Positions 11,081 through 19,141 of a DNA stretch of 64,000 nucleotides are shown here, in pieces (position 1 is the stretch's first letter; every line of letters starts with the position of its first letter). Both the position numbers and the translations under genes were made by a program. This DNA comes from a virus, in IMG/VR virus record IMGVR_UViG_3300013132_000041, positions 11,569 to 75,568 of that record; one strand, 5' to 3'. Under the pieces are notes generated by a model that did not search any database, was not told the origin of the DNA, and saw only the letters and a list, made by a program, of their open reading frames with translations.

Positions 11081-11702
11081 CTTCGATTTTACTGAGCATA
11101 AACTACAAAAATTAATTCCTCGAGTAAAAAATATAAGCGAATGGTACGAAGCTGTGTGCGATGCTCTTCCTCAATATCATATTAGTGATGTTGCTAGAGT
11201 TGCTGCATTTATTGCTCAGTGTGCACATGAGTCTGCAGGATTTACTGCACTATCAGAAAATTTAAATTATTCTGCTGATGGATTAAGAAAAATATTTCCA
11301 AAATATTTTCCTACTGCGGAAATGGCACAAGCATATCATCGTCAACCTGAAAAGATAGCTAATAGAGTCTATTCTAATAGAATGGGCAATGGAGATGAGT
11401 CAAGCGGTGAAGGGTATAAATTTAGAGGCAGAGGATTAATTCAACTTACCGGTAAATCTAATTATTCCAGATGTTCTCAGTTCTTATTTGAGGATGATAC
11501 TTTAATAAGAATGCCAGATGTTTTAGTTCAACCCTATTATGCCTTGCATTCTGCCTGTTGGTTTTGGTATGCAAATAAATTAAATGAGCAGGCAGATGCT
11601 CAAGATATTAAAACTTTAACTAAGAAAATTAATGGTGGATTTATAGGATTAGAAGATCGTATTAAACATTATAATCACGCTTTAGAAGTATTACAAGAAT
11701 AA
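11070..11702 (+). CDS. Glycoside hydrolase family 19 endolysin
   Basis: FIAQCAHES, ENLNYS, FRGRGLIQLTGKSNY, KINGG..GLEDR. Confidence 0.9.
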   Translation: MSFDFDFTEHKLQKLIPRVKNISEWYEAVCDALPQYHISDVARVAAFIAQCAHESAGFTALSENLNYSADGLRKIFPKYFPTAEMAQAYHRQPEKIANRVYSNRMGNGDESSGEGYKFRGRGLIQLTGKSNYSRCSQFLFEDDTLIRMPDVLVQPYYALHSACWFWYANKLNEQADAQDIKTLTKKINGGFIGLEDRIKHYNHALEVLQE

Positions 11703-11703
11703 T

Positions 11704-12363
11704 ATGCTATTTAATCATGTTACGGTGCCTAATCTAGATTTAAAACAAGTCACAGAAGAATCGGGTAAAAGATTTTATCTAACACCCGAGGGCAACAAAT
11801 ACCCTTCTGTGACAACTATGCTTTCTTATTTTAGCAGGCAAGCTATAAATGAATGGAGAAATAAAATAGGGCACGAGGAAGCAAATAAAATATCCAGGGC
11901 AGCATCTACAAGAGGTACTAAAATACATTCCATAGTAGAAAAATATCTAGCAAATCAAGATATGGAAATTGAAAATCCTGTCCATCTGGAGATGTTTAAA
12001 TCTGTTCTGCCTTATTTAAACCATATAGATAATATTCATTTACAAGAAAAATATTTGTATTCCGACCATTTAAGATTAGCTGGTACAGTAGATTGTATTG
12101 CTGAATACAAGGGTAAAATGAACGTGATAGATTTTAAAACTTCATCTAAACCTAAAAGAGAAGATTGGATAGAAGGATATTTTGTACAAGCAACAGCATA
12201 TGCCATTATGTTTGAAGAAAGATACAAGATTCCTGTTCCAAGAATTACTATTTTAATCGCTGTAGAAAATGATTATCCTCAGATTTTTCATAAGAAAAGA
12301 GACGATTTTGCTGGCAAATTACTAAAGATGCGCGACGATTACGAAAGATCAACTAAAGACTAG
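11704..12363 (+). CDS. PD-(D/E)XK exonuclease of T4-like phages
   Basis: YPSVTT, RGTKIH, AGTVDCI, IDFKTS, QATAY. Confidence 0.85.
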   Translation: MLFNHVTVPNLDLKQVTEESGKRFYLTPEGNKYPSVTTMLSYFSRQAINEWRNKIGHEEANKISRAASTRGTKIHSIVEKYLANQDMEIENPVHLEMFKSVLPYLNHIDNIHLQEKYLYSDHLRLAGTVDCIAEYKGKMNVIDFKTSSKPKREDWIEGYFVQATAYAIMFEERYKIPVPRITILIAVENDYPQIFHKKRDDFAGKLLKMRDDYERSTKD

Positions 12364-12389
12364 ACTTTATAGTCTTATTCTTATATAAT
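12361..12389 (+). promoter_or_regulatory. Sigma70-like promoter upstream of ahpC
   Basis: TAGACT-17 nt-TATAAT. Confidence 0.65.
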
Positions 12390-12446
12390 ATGTCTATGCG
12401 AAGATACCCTCCCCTAAAAACATTTAAGCTAAAAAGGAAAAAACAA

Positions 12447-13022
12447 ATGCTGACTGTTGGTGATAATCTAGAACCGTTTAATATCGTTGGTGTAAAGCCC
12501 GGTGCTCTTACACCCGAAGGTGCCTTTGAGGACCTAACGGAACAATCTTTCCCTGGTAAGTGGAAAGTGATTATGTTCTATCCAAAATCATTTACGTTCG
12601 TATGCCCTACAGAAATCGTAGGATATGATAAATTAAATGGTGATTTTAAAGATCGCGATACAATCTTATTAATGGGTTGTACAGATAATGAATATTGTTT
12701 ATTAGCCTGGAAAAATCATCACGAAGATTTAAAGAAAACTAATTCATGGATGTTTGCAGATTTAATTAAACAATCGCAAGATTATAATAACGATCGCTAT
12801 GTCGAGAATGGTTTGGCTGCTACGTTAGGTATTTTGGATAAAGTAAATGGTGTACCTTTAAGAGCTACCTTCATTGTTGATCCAAATAATGTTATACAAC
12901 ACATAACGGTTAATAACTTAAATGTTGGTAGAAGCCCAGAGGAGACACTTCGTATTCTTGATGCATGTCAAACTGGAGAATTGTGCGCCTGTTCTAGGGA
13001 GATAGGTGAGGAAACACTATAA
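12447..13022 (+). CDS. ahpC: Peroxiredoxin AhpC
   Basis: FYPKSFTFVCPTE, GRSPEETLRILDA, ELCAC; start moved to ATG 12447 after AAGGA. Confidence 0.92.
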   Translation: MLTVGDNLEPFNIVGVKPGALTPEGAFEDLTEQSFPGKWKVIMFYPKSFTFVCPTEIVGYDKLNGDFKDRDTILLMGCTDNEYCLLAWKNHHEDLKKTNSWMFADLIKQSQDYNNDRYVENGLAATLGILDKVNGVPLRATFIVDPNNVIQHITVNNLNVGRSPEETLRILDACQTGELCACSREIGEETL

Positions 13023-13026
13023 CCCG

Positions 13027-13078
13027 TTGGGCAGACATAAATAAATAATTTAAACAGGAAAAATATATGTCTGCCCAA
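13027..13078 (+). promoter_or_regulatory. 13-bp hairpin over the endonuclease start, with a late-promoter-like box and the RBS in the loop
   Basis: TTGGGCAGACATA (13027-13039) is the exact reverse complement of TATGTCTGCCCAA (13066-13078); ATAAATAAATA and AGGA lie between. Confidence 0.8.
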
Positions 13079-13822
13079 ACACCGTATACTTATTATGTTT
13101 ATCACAAACCAACTGGATTGAAGTATTATGGTTCCAAATATGCTAAAAATAGTAATCCAAGTTTATTTTGGAAAAAAGATGGATACTTTACTTCTTCAGT
13201 TAAAATTCATAAATTAATCCAAGAATATGGGACTGATTCTTTTTTTGCCTCTGTAAGAAAAAAATTTAAAACACCGCAAGAAGCTTTAGATTATGAATAT
13301 AGATTTTTGAAAAAAGTTAATGCTTTAAAAAAATCAGATTGGCTTAATAAGAATATGGGTGGTAAAAAGTTTAGCAATTATGGACCAGCGAGCGAAAAAG
13401 CTCTTTTATCGCAAAAAAATAAAAAACAAACTAAAGAGAGTAACATTAAAAGATCATTAACTTTGAAAAATAGAAAAAAATCTGAAGAAACTAAATTATT
13501 AATGTCTTTGGGCCAATTAAGTAGACCCAAAGAACAAGAAGAAATTCGTAGAAATAAAATACGAAGTAAGGCAATAGGTAGATTACATAGTGATATTACT
13601 AAGCAAAAACTTTCTATATTAGTTGCCAATACTAAATGGATCAATGATGGCGTGTATCATAAAAAGGTTAATAAAGAGGATTTAAATAGTTATTTGAATT
13701 TGGGTTGGAAACAAGGAAGAATTTTAGAAAAAGTAATTTGCCCTCATTGCAATATATCCGGGGCAAAACACAATTTAGTTAGATATCATTTTGATAGATG
13801 TAAAAATAAGGATGATGAATGA
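13067..13822 (+). CDS. Free-standing GIY-YIG (Seg-like) homing endonuclease
   Basis: YTYYVYHKPTGLKYYGS..., YFTSS, basic NUMOD-like repeats, WINDG..GWKQGR, CPHC zinc finger. Confidence 0.8.
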   Translation: MSAQTPYTYYVYHKPTGLKYYGSKYAKNSNPSLFWKKDGYFTSSVKIHKLIQEYGTDSFFASVRKKFKTPQEALDYEYRFLKKVNALKKSDWLNKNMGGKKFSNYGPASEKALLSQKNKKQTKESNIKRSLTLKNRKKSEETKLLMSLGQLSRPKEQEEIRRNKIRSKAIGRLHSDITKQKLSILVANTKWINDGVYHKKVNKEDLNSYLNLGWKQGRILEKVICPHCNISGAKHNLVRYHFDRCKNKDDE

Positions 13823-14331
13823 GTTGGGTTGATAATTTAAAAGAAACTATTCCAGATTATGCCAAGGATACAAGACTTAATCTGGATGCAGTAATTAAGC
13901 GTAGCAGCATTCCAGCCAATGAGGCTGAAGCCATTGCTGTTGCAGCAGCATTTGCCACCGGTAACGTTAAATTTTGGACTTGGTTACATAGTGTGATTTT
14001 AGAACGTAATGAAGCAGATGCTGCACTTACGGCAGGAAGTATAATGTCAATGACAAATACTTGGTACCCCTATGTCGAAATGGCGGAAGATGATAACTTA
14101 AAAGGTCTTCCAGCGCAGTTAAGAATGAATGCTATTGCTAGTCATGGCGGTACTACTAAGGCGAGGTTTGAAGCATACAGTCTAGCCGCTAGTATTGTGG
14201 GTAAGTGTCATTTTTGCGTCAAAGCTCATTACGAGACTTTGAAAAAAGAAGGCTATACTACAGAACAGTTACGAGACATTGGCCGTATCGCTGCTGTAAT
14301 TACTGCAGTATCTAGAGTCTTGAATAACTAA
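13819..14331 (+). CDS. ahpD: Alkylhydroperoxidase AhpD
   Basis: IPDYAKDTRLNL, LRMN, ASIVGKCHFCVKAH (CxxC). Confidence 0.92.
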   Translation: MSWVDNLKETIPDYAKDTRLNLDAVIKRSSIPANEAEAIAVAAAFATGNVKFWTWLHSVILERNEADAALTAGSIMSMTNTWYPYVEMAEDDNLKGLPAQLRMNAIASHGGTTKARFEAYSLAASIVGKCHFCVKAHYETLKKEGYTTEQLRDIGRIAAVITAVSRVLNN

Positions 14332-14419
14332 TATATATTCATATAGTTGTATGAAGCAAGCAGAAACGTGCTGCGGACGGCGGTTCGATTCCGCCCAGGT
14401 CCACCAAAAAATAATTCGA

Positions 14420-14454
14420 GGAGTCAGTTATGGAGTCAGTTATGGAGTCAGTTA
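14420..14454 (+). repeat. Three tandem copies of GGAGTCAGTTA(T)
   Basis: 14420-14431, 14432-14443, 14444-14454; each has a GGAG Shine-Dalgarno and the first two lead into an in-frame ATG. Confidence 0.9.
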
Positions 14455-14612
14455 AAAAATTTATAGATGAACAATTAAACAAGGTTGATATTGATAAACA
14501 ACGAGAGTTGATTATAAAACAGTCTTGCGAAATTGAGCAACAAACTGAAAGAATCTTAAAGTTATTTTCTGAGGGGCCTGATTCTGGTTTCGACGGGGCA
14601 AATAGTAAGTAA
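14430..14612 (+). CDS. Putative 60-aa helical protein in the tmRNA intervening segment, overlapping the coding-piece 5' end
   Basis: GAGGAG RBS 6 nt before ATG; charged amphipathic sequence; translation unproven. Confidence 0.5.
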   Translation: MESVMESVKKFIDEQLNKVDIDKQRELIIKQSCEIEQQTERILKLFSEGPDSGFDGANSK

Positions 14613-14661
14613 GTGGACAACTCGTAAGGCGAAGGACGTAATCCTAGCAAACTAAATAGAC

Positions 14662-14706
14662 GCAAACAACGACTATTTCTATCAGGATCTTAAGCTAGTC
14701 GCTTAA
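14662..14706 (+). other. tmRNA tag reading frame: (A)ANNDYFYQDLKLVA*
   Basis: GCA AAC AAC GAC ... CTA GTC GCT TAA; AN.D start and small/hydrophobic C-terminus typical of ssrA tags. Confidence 0.88.
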
Positions 14707-14771
14707 ACCTGACGGGGTTTTGGCAGTTCACCTTGTTACCAAACGAACTGCCTCACACACAAGGAGATTCA

Positions 14772-15314
14772 ATGAAAAAGACAATTTTAGCATTAGCTTT
14801 AGCAACAGCTGCGGCAACTTCTCAAGCTGCTAATTATGTAAGTTTCGATGTAGATCAAGTTAAGGATACTCGCAACAAAGCAGAAAGTACTGCACAGTAT
14901 TTCCGTGCCGGTAAAGATATGGCTGGACTTAATTTGGATCTTCAGGTTCGAACAGCAGTTTTTGATAAAGGCGGAATGCTTAATAGTGTCGAAGTTACTG
15001 CAGGTAAAAACATTGCCGGTCTTAATGCATTCGGCGGTGTAGGTTATGACAATGGTTTTAATGGTAAAGTCAACGGTGATTTTACTTATGGCTTAGTCGG
15101 TCTCAAAGCAGGAGTTCCTATTGGTCCTCTATTCGCTTTTACTGGTGTTAAGACTCGAGTAAATTGGGACACTGATAATCCAAAGCAGACTGTTACTTGG
15201 TTAGGCGCCAGTATGCCTCTCAACAAAGCAGTTAGTGTTAGCGCCAGCATGAGTCGTTCTTTACAGGACATTCAAGAAAAAGCAGTTGGTGTTGGGCTAC
15301 GTGTAGCCTATTAA
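14772..15314 (+). CDS. Outer-membrane beta-barrel protein with signal peptide
   Basis: AAGGAG RBS; MKKTILALALATAAATSQA signal; alternating beta strands; C-terminal VGVGLRVAY beta-signal. Confidence 0.75.
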   Translation: MKKTILALALATAAATSQAANYVSFDVDQVKDTRNKAESTAQYFRAGKDMAGLNLDLQVRTAVFDKGGMLNSVEVTAGKNIAGLNAFGGVGYDNGFNGKVNGDFTYGLVGLKAGVPIGPLFAFTGVKTRVNWDTDNPKQTVTWLGASMPLNKAVSVSASMSRSLQDIQEKAVGVGLRVAY

Positions 15315-15377
15315 AATTAAGGTTCGGTGGAACCTTTAAATCCACCATTTTTCACACACAAACACAAGGAGTAGTAA

Positions 15378-15647
15378 ATGAGTAATATGTCACCGTTTGA
15401 AATTAGGTTAGAGCTTCTTAAAATGGCTCAGACCATGCTTGAGCAAGATTATTATGGTAAACGTGAATCTATTTCCAATGACTGGACTACTAAAGTAGAA
15501 AATGCCCGTCACGCTGGAACACAACCACCAGATCATCCTGGATATCCTCATTATCCAACAGAAGCTGAAATCATTAATAAAGCTCAGATTCTTAATGGTT
15601 TTGTATCACAACTTCCTCTCACCTTAGAAAAATCTTCTAAGAAATAA
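15378..15647 (+). CDS. Hypothetical phage protein
   Basis: AAGGAG RBS; MSPFEIRLELLKMA...YPTEAEIINKAQILNGFVS. Confidence 0.75.
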   Translation: MSNMSPFEIRLELLKMAQTMLEQDYYGKRESISNDWTTKVENARHAGTQPPDHPGYPHYPTEAEIINKAQILNGFVSQLPLTLEKSSKK

Positions 15648-15652
15648 TTTAT

Positions 15653-15667
15653 GGGGGCTCTGCCCCC
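15653..15667 (+). terminator. GC hairpin (weak terminator or mRNA stabiliser)
   Basis: GGGGGC-TCT-GCCCCC with no long U tract. Confidence 0.4.
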
Positions 15668-15679
15668 TTAGGAATTTTA

Positions 15680-16213
15680 ATGGACAAGTTACTAAAGATT
15701 TTCTTAGTATGCTTTGCTGCTGTTATATTAGGTAATTTTTTCTATAAGTTTGTAGAATATAAACTTGAATCATTAAAAAATAATACTAAAGTACAAACTA
15801 AATATACTACAATGGCAGAAAGAGAAAAACAACTAGAATGCTTGGCATATAATATTTACTATGAGGCAGCTAAAGAATCGTTTGAGGGTAAAGTAGCAGT
15901 TGCACAAGTTACATTAAATAGAGCAGCATCGGGATTATTTCCAAGTGACGTTTGTAAAGTAGTATATCAAAAAAATGTTTTTATGGAAAAAGTAGTATGT
16001 CAATTCAGTTGGTATTGTGAAGCAGTAACAAGAAAAAGACCATTACACCAAGAAGCATTAAATGAATGTTATGGTGTAGCTAAAAAGGTTTTGCTTGAAG
16101 GTTTTAGATTAGATGTGCTTGAAGAGGCAATGTATTATCATGCAAACTATGTCAACCCTAAATGGAACAAACAAAAAATTGCTACCATAGGTAACCATAT
16201 TTTTTACAAATGA
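15680..16213 (+). CDS. Cell wall hydrolase, SleB/Hydrolase_2 family, with N-terminal membrane anchor
   Basis: CLAYNIYYEA, VAVAQVTLNR, CQFSW, YYHANYVNPKW, IGNHIFY. Confidence 0.88.
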   Translation: MDKLLKIFLVCFAAVILGNFFYKFVEYKLESLKNNTKVQTKYTTMAEREKQLECLAYNIYYEAAKESFEGKVAVAQVTLNRAASGLFPSDVCKVVYQKNVFMEKVVCQFSWYCEAVTRKRPLHQEALNECYGVAKKVLLEGFRLDVLEEAMYYHANYVNPKWNKQKIATIGNHIFYK

Positions 16214-16214
16214 T

Positions 16215-17879
16215 ATGAGAATTTTATCTTATAATATTACCCATGATAGTTCTGTTTGTGTACTTAATAATGGTGAAATTGAATTTTTTGGAAAAGAAGA
16301 AAGATTTTCTAAAATTAAAAGAGATTCAAATCCTATAAAAAGTTTAATAGCGTATTTTGAAAACTATCCAAATCAAGATATAGATTATAGTTTATTTCTT
16401 ACACCGTCTTTAGATGATATAAATGAATCTAGCCGCACTATTTTTGAAACTATTATTAAAAAGTATAGGCGAGTAAAAACTTACGAGACATTTTGTGAAA
16501 ATTCTCATCATGATTTGCACGCTTGGTTAGCTTACGTAAATAGTAAATTTGATAAATCTTTAGTTTTTGTGGTGGATAGAAACGGGGCATGTTTGTATAC
16601 ATCCAAAAATAGTTTTTTAGCAAGAGAAGCTGAGAGTATATTTTTATTTGACCAAAAAAATAAATGTAAACCTGTTTATAAGAACTATTGGTGTTCTTCT
16701 AAAGTAGATCCTTATGAGATTAAACATTTTTTAACTAGTAATTTTCAAGATTGTGATATTAAGGCAAACTCTTCGTTTAGTATAGTTAAAGTATATGAAG
16801 CTGCTACAACATTAATAGGACAACATCCACTTGAAAATGGAAAAACTATGGGATTATCCTCCTATGGAAAAAAAATTGACCATTCTTATTTCGATTTAGA
16901 TGGTAATATCCAAAATAGTTTTTTCATTCATAACAAAGATAATTTAGAATCAGTGGTATTCAAAAATTATTGGAAAAAAATTACAAAAGAAATAACTAAA
17001 GATAATTTTCAGTTTTATGCAGATAGAGCTCTAGAAGTACAAACTCAGACTCAACAACAAGTTCTTAATCTAATAGAAAAATATACTAACCTATATCAAG
17101 TTTATAACGTTTGTATTGTTGGTGGGTATGGATTAAATGTTGTTGCTAATAATTTCTATATAAAAAATTTACCCAAAATTAATTTTTATTTCGAGCCAGT
17201 AGCAGATGACACTGGTATTACTATTGGTGCTTGCTATAAAAAGTATTTTGAGGTAACCTCAACTTTGCCTGTTCCAGTTAAAGATACCTTTTTTCATTTT
17301 TATAATGAGAAAGAGAAGTTAAGAAACAATATTGGTAAAAAAGTAAAAATTAAAGATTTAGTTGATTTATTAGTGAATCAAAAAAGCCTAGGTATTTTTA
17401 ACGGTGCACCCGAAGCTGGTCCAAGAGCACTAGGGCATAGATCAATTCTATTTGATCCTAGAGAATATGAAGCCAGAAATATTGTAAATAATATAAAAAA
17501 ACGAGAATGGTACAGACCTTTTGCCGGTGTGATACTTAGATCAGAATTTAAAAAATACTTTTTTACTGAGGGGCTAAACGATTCCCCACATATGACAATT
17601 AATTTCACATCAAACGAAGAAGGAAAAAATCTATTTCCTGCTGTCATTCATGTTGATGGGTCTTGTAGAATACAAACTATTGATAAGGAAGATGGATTTT
17701 TATATAATTTATTACTGGCATTTTATAATGTAACGGGATGCCCGGTTCTATTAAACACAAGTTTAAATTTAGCAGGCAGACCTTTAATTCAAACTAAACA
17801 AGATGCAATTCAATTACTAAATAATAGTAAATTAGATTACATTTATTTTGATGATGAGAAAGTTTTATTAAATGCGTAA
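16215..17879 (+). CDS. O-carbamoyltransferase (NodU/CmcH family)
   Basis: HDSSVC, EERFSKIK, HHDLHA, GKTMGLSSYG, EAGPRALGHRSIL, KKREWYRPFA, HVDGSCRIQT, LLNTSLN. Confidence 0.92.
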   Translation: MRILSYNITHDSSVCVLNNGEIEFFGKEERFSKIKRDSNPIKSLIAYFENYPNQDIDYSLFLTPSLDDINESSRTIFETIIKKYRRVKTYETFCENSHHDLHAWLAYVNSKFDKSLVFVVDRNGACLYTSKNSFLAREAESIFLFDQKNKCKPVYKNYWCSSKVDPYEIKHFLTSNFQDCDIKANSSFSIVKVYEAATTLIGQHPLENGKTMGLSSYGKKIDHSYFDLDGNIQNSFFIHNKDNLESVVFKNYWKKITKEITKDNFQFYADRALEVQTQTQQQVLNLIEKYTNLYQVYNVCIVGGYGLNVVANNFYIKNLPKINFYFEPVADDTGITIGACYKKYFEVTSTLPVPVKDTFFHFYNEKEKLRNNIGKKVKIKDLVDLLVNQKSLGIFNGAPEAGPRALGHRSILFDPREYEARNIVNNIKKREWYRPFAGVILRSEFKKYFFTEGLNDSPHMTINFTSNEEGKNLFPAVIHVDGSCRIQTIDKEDGFLYNLLLAFYNVTGCPVLLNTSLNLAGRPLIQTKQDAIQLLNNSKLDYIYFDDEKVLLNA

Positions 17880-18435
17880 AAGTTTAGATGATTATATAGT
17901 AATTTTCAAGGATATAATTCCAAAAAATCATTTACTTTTTTTAAGTGATTATGTAGAAAATATTGAGTATAATAAACATGCATATTATAATAATTTTTCT
18001 GGGAAAATGAAAACTAATTCCTACGATTTGGAAATTTCTAAAAATGCTGATATAGAAGATAAATCTGGATTACGTAGTTTTATTTTAACAGCAATAGATG
18101 ATTACTTAAAGTTTTTAAGGTTGCCTTATTTTAGAGCAGTAAAAACTATTACTACTGTTAGAATAAATAGATATTTAGAAAATACTAGTATGGACTTACA
18201 TTGTGATCATATTTATTCTATGTTCGACGGAAAGGTAAAGGGTGTGCCTGTATTAAGTGTTCTGGGCGCTTTAAATAATAATTACGAAGGTGGTGAATTA
18301 GTGTTTTTTGAAAATACAAAAATTGAACTTAGGGCAGGTGATATCATGGTATTTCCCTCAAGTTTTCTTTTTCCGCATAGAGTAGAACCGGTTAGGCAAG
18401 GGGTTAGATATTCTTTTGTATCTTGGGCTGCTTAA
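17872..18435 (+). CDS. 2OG-Fe(II) oxygenase (prolyl-4-hydroxylase-like)
   Basis: HCD...LNNNYEGGEL...FPS...H.V.PV..G.RYS. Confidence 0.88.
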   Translation: MRKSLDDYIVIFKDIIPKNHLLFLSDYVENIEYNKHAYYNNFSGKMKTNSYDLEISKNADIEDKSGLRSFILTAIDDYLKFLRLPYFRAVKTITTVRINRYLENTSMDLHCDHIYSMFDGKVKGVPVLSVLGALNNNYEGGELVFFENTKIELRAGDIMVFPSSFLFPHRVEPVRQGVRYSFVSWAA

Positions 18436-19133
18436 TGAAAACTTATATTATAAGATTGAAAGAAAATAATTTTTCTTGTAATTTAGCTGAAGAAACTATG
18501 GTTTCATGCAATAATTTAAATATCAATGCTAAATTTTTTGATGGCATACGAATTACAGATATAAAAGATTTATCTAGATTTTACTTAAAAGTTAATAATA
18601 ATCAAAAACATATTACACTAGGAACTATTGGTTGTTTTTTAAGTCATTGGAGTTTATGGAAAAAATGTAGTGAAGATTTAGAATCATATTTAATTCTCGA
18701 ACACGATGCCTTAGTGTTGAAAGATCCTAAAATAATTGATATGGATATAAAAGAAGTATGTCATTTAGATGCCTTTATACCATTTAATTCTAACTTGCCT
18801 TCAGATAGTGAAGAACATTTTTTAAAGTATAATCAGAATGTAAAAATAGAAAAAAATGGAGTATCTGAGTATCCTATTAATAGTTTTTATCCCAAAGACA
18901 AGTTAACCGAAACTATAGGTACTTTTAGTTTTAGAGGAGCATATGGATACATTCTTAAACCAAAGGGAGCTAAAAAACTAATAGAATTTTGTAATCAATT
19001 TGGTGTTATGCCTGCGGATAGAGCTATTTGTGATAAGATATTATATCTTCAAAGGACAAATTCTACATATGTAAGATTAAATCCTTTTTTCAAATCTCTT
19101 AAAATACAAAGAGATTATTCAACCAGAACATAA
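18435..19133 (+). CDS. Glycosyltransferase family 25-like
   Basis: KTYIIRL, FDGI, GCFLSHWSLW, LILEHDA, AYGYILKPKGAKKL, PAD; start moved to ATG 18435. Confidence 0.85.
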   Translation: MKTYIIRLKENNFSCNLAEETMVSCNNLNINAKFFDGIRITDIKDLSRFYLKVNNNQKHITLGTIGCFLSHWSLWKKCSEDLESYLILEHDALVLKDPKIIDMDIKEVCHLDAFIPFNSNLPSDSEEHFLKYNQNVKIEKNGVSEYPINSFYPKDKLTETIGTFSFRGAYGYILKPKGAKKLIEFCNQFGVMPADRAICDKILYLQRTNSTYVRLNPFFKSLKIQRDYSTRT

Positions 19134-19141
19134 GGTTTCAA

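Larger units (their letters stand above)
14345..14752 (+). ncRNA. ssrA: Circularly permuted (two-piece) tmRNA: acceptor piece ~14345-14406, intervening segment 14407-14573, coding piece 14574-~14752
   Basis: GAC-GGCGG-TTCGATT-CCGCC-CAGGTCC-A-CCA (T-arm plus 3' acceptor strand) lies before GGGCCTG-ATTCTGGTTTCGAC (5' strand). The acceptor stem has G3.U70. ACAAC/GTTGT and CGGGGCA/TGCTGCG pair between the pieces. Resume context AAATAGAC-GCA. Outer ends approximate. Confidence 0.92.

Noticed and set aside
11704-12363. Cas4 of a CRISPR system
   Set aside because: Lacks the Cas4 four-Cys cluster and any CRISPR context; typical T4-like phage exonuclease
14376-14406. Stand-alone tRNA gene (T-arm plus CCA)
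   Set aside because: No upstream D or anticodon arm; the matching 5' acceptor strand lies downstream at 14574, so it is a permuted tmRNA
14339-14665. Minus-strand 108-aa ORF across the tmRNA
   Set aside because: Antisense shadow; includes the typical translation of a reversed T-arm (VDLGGIEPPS)
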